Assembly: GCA_964187785.1 (NCBI GenBank)
Contig: OZ076413.1
Location: forward strand, 29,264,001 to 29,328,000
Reading direction: 5' to 3'
From: Amphiscolops sp. MND2022
Taxonomy: Eukaryota
DNA: 64,000 nucleotides
In this document: positions 57,860-64,000 of the stretch, one piece after another
Position numbering within the stretch: the stretch's first letter is position 1
Layout of the letters: the number at the start of each line of letters is the position of its first letter
Position numbers and translations under genes: made by a program
The notes under the pieces: model-generated
Database searches by the model: none
What the model saw: the letters and a program-made list of their open reading frames with translations, nothing else
Told to the model about the DNA's origin: nothing

Positions 57860-60800
57860 TGTTTGGAATGTTTTTCTCGGTATTGTTTACTGTTCGATTT
57901 GTAATTACAGAAACGTACTTAGCTTCAGAATTGAAGACATTGCCTTTGAGGCAGGCATTACACATCCCAGACCACCAGTCACAGTGTGGTGACATCTTGC
58001 TCGGACAGACCAACACATGTACCAAGATACCAAGTAGAGCAGTTGTCACATGCTATGCCACTTTTGTCAACTACTTTCAAGACCTTTTTGCAACTTCCGC
58101 ATTTGGAGGCTGATGGTTACCATCACAAGCTGAAACTATTTATTAAACTTATCACAACATCTTGGCTTTCTTTGCTCCTGTTCCACATCGCTCAGCAAGA
58201 TGAGAACATGAGCGGGGAACTAAAGGAAATGGGGACATACCCGAGGCACGTTTTATACAGTAAATCTTTTCCGAGTCAGGAATGACATCTAAAAGACGGG
58301 ACAATTGTTTAAAAAGTATACCTTAGTTAAAATTCCGGAGAAGTATTCGATAGTATTCCTTAGATACAGTTTGGTCCCACGCCCAGACAGTGATGCCATG
58401 GTTCCTTGGGAGACAGCTAAGCAGCTTATATTGAACTCCGAATTGAATTGACTCACAATTATGAGTAATCGAAAAATGAATCATTGTTTCTCTAGAGCCA
58501 ATTCAAAGACGCCAAACTGATTTCTCTTGAATGACACTTTTTACTCTCCATAATTTTAATTGAAGTCTATTCTCTTATCTTTAACAACTCAACGATTCCA
58601 GAAGTGGAGCGACAAGAAATTTGAATAGCCTTATAAGGTAAGATCCACATAAATTTTTTTGTCAACAAGTGCCACGAAAGCATTTAGAGAGAAGGTTTCT
58701 TGAATAGAGTAAGGTTACAAACCTCCTTTTTCATGAACGACAACTTTTATCAATCTTATCATTTAATTATTATTATTTGAAAACGTATGAATTCCCATCG
58801 AACATAATTCCTCTTTTTTATCGCAACTCGACACAACGCAATCTTTCAAAAATTAGAATTATTTTCTCGACGAGTTAGATTGTAGAATGGTGTCCAGACC
58901 AGGATCTCCGACAGCTGCAATTCAGAGGGAAGCCATACAGCCAACAAAAACACCATTGAAGAACTGCAAGTACTACGACTAAAATTGTCTAGAACATCTC
59001 ATAAAGGTTACATGCGACGGTTAAGAAACCAAGCATTAGAATTCTTAAATTACTACAAATAGAAAATACCACACTGGAAGCGCTGGCAAAACTTAAACAA
59101 CAAAATCAATCGAAGAAAGAAGACCTGTCAAAGAAAAAAAAAGAAATTGACGCACTCACCTCATTTGAGAAATTGGAAGAAAATATCGAAGAATCTATTA
59201 CCTTCACTGAGGAAATCGACAATTGTGTTTTTGAACTAGACAAGATGGTAAAAAGACTTTCAACAGCCAAAGATGAATCAACCCAGCAAACAAAAAATTA
59301 GATGGAAACTGCGTTTCCAACAAAAAACTACAAGACTCCTAAAGCTAGTGTTGCAAACGTTTAAAGGAGATGTTTTGAGCGTCCCATCTTATGTTCAAAG
59401 CCATTATTGACTTTTTCACCACACTAAAATTAGTTCAAACGTTCAGTTACCTCAAAAAAATTCTGGAAGTAGAACCATCAACACTAATCGCCAACTTGGA
59501 AAAGACAGCAGCAAACTACATCTCAGAATTGGAGAGTCTTAAGGAAGGATACGGTGACAAACATCGCATCTTTGATACACACTACAGAGAAACTACCTAT
59601 CGTGGACCAAAGGACAGAGAGATACATCACTTTAAGCAGTATTTCGACACCTTGGAACTACACATACGAGAACTCGAAGCCCAAAACAAGAAGAAAGAAT
59701 AATTCGGAGATCAGCTAACTCTACTTTTGATGGACAAGCCACCCTGAGATCTGAGGCGATAATTAGCCAGAGATAACGGAAAGACAACATGGACTCGATG
59801 ACATCCTTACAGCCCTTAAGAAAAATTTACAAGCTAATGAAAAAGACAAAACCACGGACGTAAACTCAATGACAAAATTGCAACCAATCGACAGCAGCCT
59901 TCTACACCGACCGAACACAAAATTCAAAAACACAACACATTACTGAATACAGAATGAAAGGCTACACAGGACGAAGGAAACCAGACGCGGAGTGTTCTTT
60001 CTGTGGATCGTCCACATTTAGCGACTGCCTAAAATACACCAACGTTAAGGATCGCCTCGAGGTAGCCAAACGGAAAGGACTATGTTTCAATTGTTTTAAA
60101 AAACACCAAGATGGATAGTCGTTTGGGGCTCAATGCGAAAATGAGACTTGCCGAAATTGCTGTGGAAAGCACCACACAGCACTTCACAAGGAAGGCAATG
60201 GAAAAAAGAAGAAAGAAAACACAGCAAAGACCACAGAATTAGAATCAAACTTCACCTACGCCAATCAGAGCGGGATCCTAAAGACATTTATGGCATCACT
60301 GGAATCAAAACAGTGAAAACAGCGGTTCTACAGGACGACGGAAGCTCGGACACCTCTTGCACTCTCAACCTAGCACAGAAGCTTCAGCTAACTACGACAT
60401 CACACCAACGACCTAGCACTTCATACTTTGGATCGGAAGAAAAAACGGACAAATGTTACAACATAACAACATAAGCCCCATCACGTAAAGACAAATGAAG
60501 GACATGTTCACCTGAAAGCAATTGTTGTACCCAGGATCTGTACACCAAAAGTTTGCCAGCCCTGTCGATACAGAAAAGAGGAACAACTGAAGGTCAAGCC
60601 TATTGTGGAACCAGTCAACGAAGGAAGAGAAATCTACCTCCTCATCGCATAAGACTTTTACTACTCAGTGATAAAAGATGGAACCATCCGACTAAACAAC
60701 AGAACAGTACAAACCAAAGTGGGATATCTTGTCTGTGGTGGCCAACCCGATGATCAACAGATTGACTATTAGTTCACGACGACAAAAACAGCTCTCATTG

Positions 60801-63290
60801 TTACAGACAAAGAGCACTTTACCATCCCATCCACAGCAGCTCTTCGAATGGATACAAATTGAGTCCTTTATTTGCCGACTCAGATTAATCAATAAGCCGA
60901 TTATTCACACACTTCAGTCCAAGCCGAAGGACATTTTACAGATTTTCCAAAGACATGTATGCATCAGCTTGACAACCAACTACAACTACAACGACGACAA
61001 GTGCAGGTATCTTCTCTGGCATGCCGTCTACAAAAATAACTCGATTCACACCAAAGTTAAGATTGTCTTCGATGCCAGTTGCAGAGACAAATGATTAGTA
61101 ATCCCGATTAACAACTTTTCTAGGAAGGACCCAATTTAACAAACAGCCTAGTTGAAATACTCAGATTTCGCCTACATCGGATTGTTTCGACAGCAGACAC
61201 CGAAAACGCTTTTCTCCTAGCAAAAACCAAAAAAAGGATCAGAAATATTTGCGATTCTACTACCTACGCAACCCCGAAGACAAAGATAAAGGATCTGGAC
61301 AACTAGCCGTCTACCACTTCAAGGTTTACATTTTCGGACCTCGATCTATTTTCATCCTCGCAGCCGTTTTACAGCAGCAACCACAGGATAACGGCCTGGA
61401 GCACACAGCACTGTACATTGGAAGGAACATACTTGTGGACAACCTCGTCACAAGAACCGACACAGAAGAAGAATCAAAAGCTTGTTTCGAAAGGACATGG
61501 AAGATCTTTCAACAAGCATCAATGAATACTCCCGAAAGGACTTCAAAAGCAACGAATTGCCGGAAAACGTGATACGCACGTCCAAGAACTACAGGGGACA
61601 ACCAAAGAAGATCAGTTATCACTAGAACCCTTTAAGCAACACTCGGATGCAGTTTGAACAAAAAGGAAACTTTTCAGTTAATTCGCGACACCTTTCGATC
61701 TTACGGACTTTTTGGATGGACAGCCACAGAAACACTTAAAACCAAACTCTTTAGGAGAGACCTTTGGGAAAATACTTGGACATGGGACGAAAAATTACCG
61801 AAACAGAAGAAAGAAGAATGGACTGCAATGCCGCCGATTTAGCCAATGCAACAACGTTTCTAAGACCAAGTCCCATACCGATTACAGAAAAAATCACCTG
61901 GACATATGTGTGGATACCTCGTTCTCAGCATACGCAGCAGTTGCCTACCTGAATGGGGAACTTCACATGGGAAGACCAGACTTGCCCCTGTATCACCAAA
62001 GTCTATACCCGAATTCGAGTTGATGGCAAGGGCTTTCGGGGGTGACTTTTTTTACTAGGATCTCTTCAACACCTGCCCATTGTGGTAGAAACTACAATCA
62101 ACCAAGCACTGAAATCTTTTGTTCGCAACCGAGGGAACGTTATCAATAGCTACAAATGTAGTTTTTTCTTCATTCCAACGAACTTCAATCCAGCCGACAT
62201 TACTTCCCACATAAGTCAGTCAAAACAATCCCGACAACACTTTAGGTGGCACGGCCCTTCGCTTAGGGTCTTATAGGAGTTGAAGACAACTCATCAACAC
62301 CTCTCGGGACTATTCGAAAATGCAGCTTTCATCCCTACAAAGCAAGAAGAACGAACAGAGTGTATATCCGAAGGAACCCTATAGAGAAACTCAACAGATA
62401 AGACCCCATACAGCAAGACAGAGTAGCCCCGAAGATACTCTTACCACAGACCACACTCAAAGAAAAAATCTCTGCCCGGGCGGAGTTTGTCGTGAACACC
62501 AAATTGAACTGTCTCACAATTATGAGTGATCAAAAGCCAAAGTAACGACGCCAAGTTTATTTTCTCTTGAATGAAATTTTTCACTCTCCATAATTACAAC
62601 TGAAGTTTACTCTCTTATCTATAACGACTCAACGACTCCAGAAGGGAATCTACGAGAAATTTAAACATCCTAATAAAGCAGAATATACTTGAATTTTGTT
62701 TGGCAACAAGCGCTACAAAAGGATTTGGATAGAAGGTTCTTCGAGTAGGGTATGGTTAAAACCTTTTTTCTTGAACGACAACCTTTGTCAGTTTTTCTTT
62801 TAGTTACCATTATTAGAAACCTTATTATTTCTCATCGAACATAATTCCCACTTTTTATCGAAACTCAACACAACGAAATCTTTCAATCAGAATAATTATT
62901 TTGTCGACGAGTGAGGTTATAAAACAGCTGGTGTGGGATTTCACGGATCTTGATGCTCTTGCATCCAGTCGCCTGAATCAAGGCTCCTCATGCAACCCTA
63001 GAACAACTGCCAACGACGCTGAAGCACATAAAAGTAGGAAGTATCGCGAAGTGATAGACACAGGATACATTTTTCAATCGGTAGCAATGAACGTTCAGAG
63101 GTCTTTTAGGCAAAAGCAGTGAATCTTTAATCACGCGTATCTGAAAAGGTCGCATGACGATCATCGAGTTGGCAGCTTTTTAAAACGAGGGATCTCAAGG
63201 GCTCTTAAGATCGACAATGCGGCCTGTGTTCTTGGAACTGAGCGAAAGAGTTGCGTTTGAAAAAATATATTACCTATATTTGGTATTTTT
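57860..63290 (+). mobile_element. CRE/NeSL-like non-LTR retrotransposon 3' fragment (Zn knuckle + restriction-like endonuclease), split by BEL copy B
   Basis: Left part 57860-58426 reads LRQALHIPDHQSQCG and RPDSDAMVPWETAKQL. Right part 62930-63290 reads VWDFTDLDALAS...AEAHKSRKY...YIFQSVA and NAACVLGT. The frame is continuous once the BEL element and one TSD are removed. Confidence 0.72.
58427..62924 (+). mobile_element. BEL/Pao LTR retrotransposon copy B (gag-protease-RT-RNase H; integrase missing)
   Basis: Diverged LTRs at 58427-58887 and 62488-62924, PBS TGGTGTCCAGAC at 58888, TSD CAGCT (58422-58426 / 62925-62929). Contains gag LEAQNKKKE, Zn knuckles, QDDGS, KVKIVFDAS and CVDTSFSAYAAVAY. 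Same family as copy A. Confidence 0.9.
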
Positions 63291-63299
63291 AAATCCTGG

Positions 63300-64000
63300 A
63301 TATCGTCACAGCTTTTTTAACCTTGGTTCTACCATTCTACCTGGAGATTTGCTGGTATGGGGTTTCCTCCTTTTGTTGCAGACCCCAGGTATGTCTTCTT
63401 CACGTAGCAGAAATTTGAAAAAAGATGAAGGTCGCCCCATCGTGAAGTTTTTACGCAGACAAACAAACAGTGGGCTGATGGCGAATAAAGATTCACTGGA
63501 TGGTTGTGAAGAGAAAATCATAAACAACGACGACGACGACATCACTTTGTTGAGGGCGCGAGTAGCCAAAGCGTTGAGATTGCGACCCAATATCAAATCT
63601 GTGGCCATGGTAAATGATAAAGTTCTCAGTTATAAAACTGATTAATCTAAAATTACTTTTGAGAAAGTGTTCAAGTATTTGAATGATCCATGTTTCAAAT
63701 ATCCTGCTTGCAAGACGAGCTTAGATTTTTGTCAGGAGGCTCTCTCACCTATACACTTGATTGTAGAAACTTACAGCGTAAACGTGAAAAAAGTTGCAAC
63801 ACTGATGATTCTGATAATGTTGAAAACGAATGGAATCTGCACCCAAATGTGAGATCAATCGACAACCATTTTGAGGAGTTGGAAAATTTGATAGAGTTTT
63901 TTGGAGTCAATAAACCCTCCCCAATTTGCTGCTCCGAAACATGGATGGTTGAATCACCTTTATGTCTTAGATAATTAAGCAACAATGAAATTCCAATCAG
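63300..64000 (+). mobile_element. CR1/L2-type LINE, ORF1 end and endonuclease start (continues past the window)
   Basis: RPIVKFLRR ORF1 motif, then HPNVRSIDNHFEELE...ICCSETW endonuclease motifs. Confidence 0.78.

Overview
This window is AT-rich animal (eukaryotic) genomic DNA, mostly nested transposable elements, with a 200-N scaffold gap at 12666-12865. I reconstructed two intron-containing host genes by hand, both on the + strand with all splice phases consistent. (1) An 8-exon, 393-aa multi-pass membrane protein (3873-12507) with the topology, three C-terminal phase-0 introns and TM7 motif of the gustatory-receptor-like / DUF3537 7TM ion-channel superfamily. It needs one GC-AG intron, and the ORF track shows it only as fragments. 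(2) A 4-exon, 317-aa RGS-domain protein (38453-50068) with a full-length Ty3/Gypsy element in its last intron. The rest comprises a near-full-length CR1/L2-type LINE plus three more LINE pieces, two copies of one BEL/Pao family (one inserted into a CRE/NeSL-like RLE element), and a numerous DINE-1/Helentron-like non-autonomous family. There are also CCC...GGG elements with 2-bp TSDs, other TIR elements, hierarchical tandem duplications and four near-zero-spacer palindromes. The repeats resemble what I recall from acoel worm assemblies, but I cannot verify the taxon. I saw no rRNA, intact tRNA or CRISPR array. All alignments and translations were done by eye.
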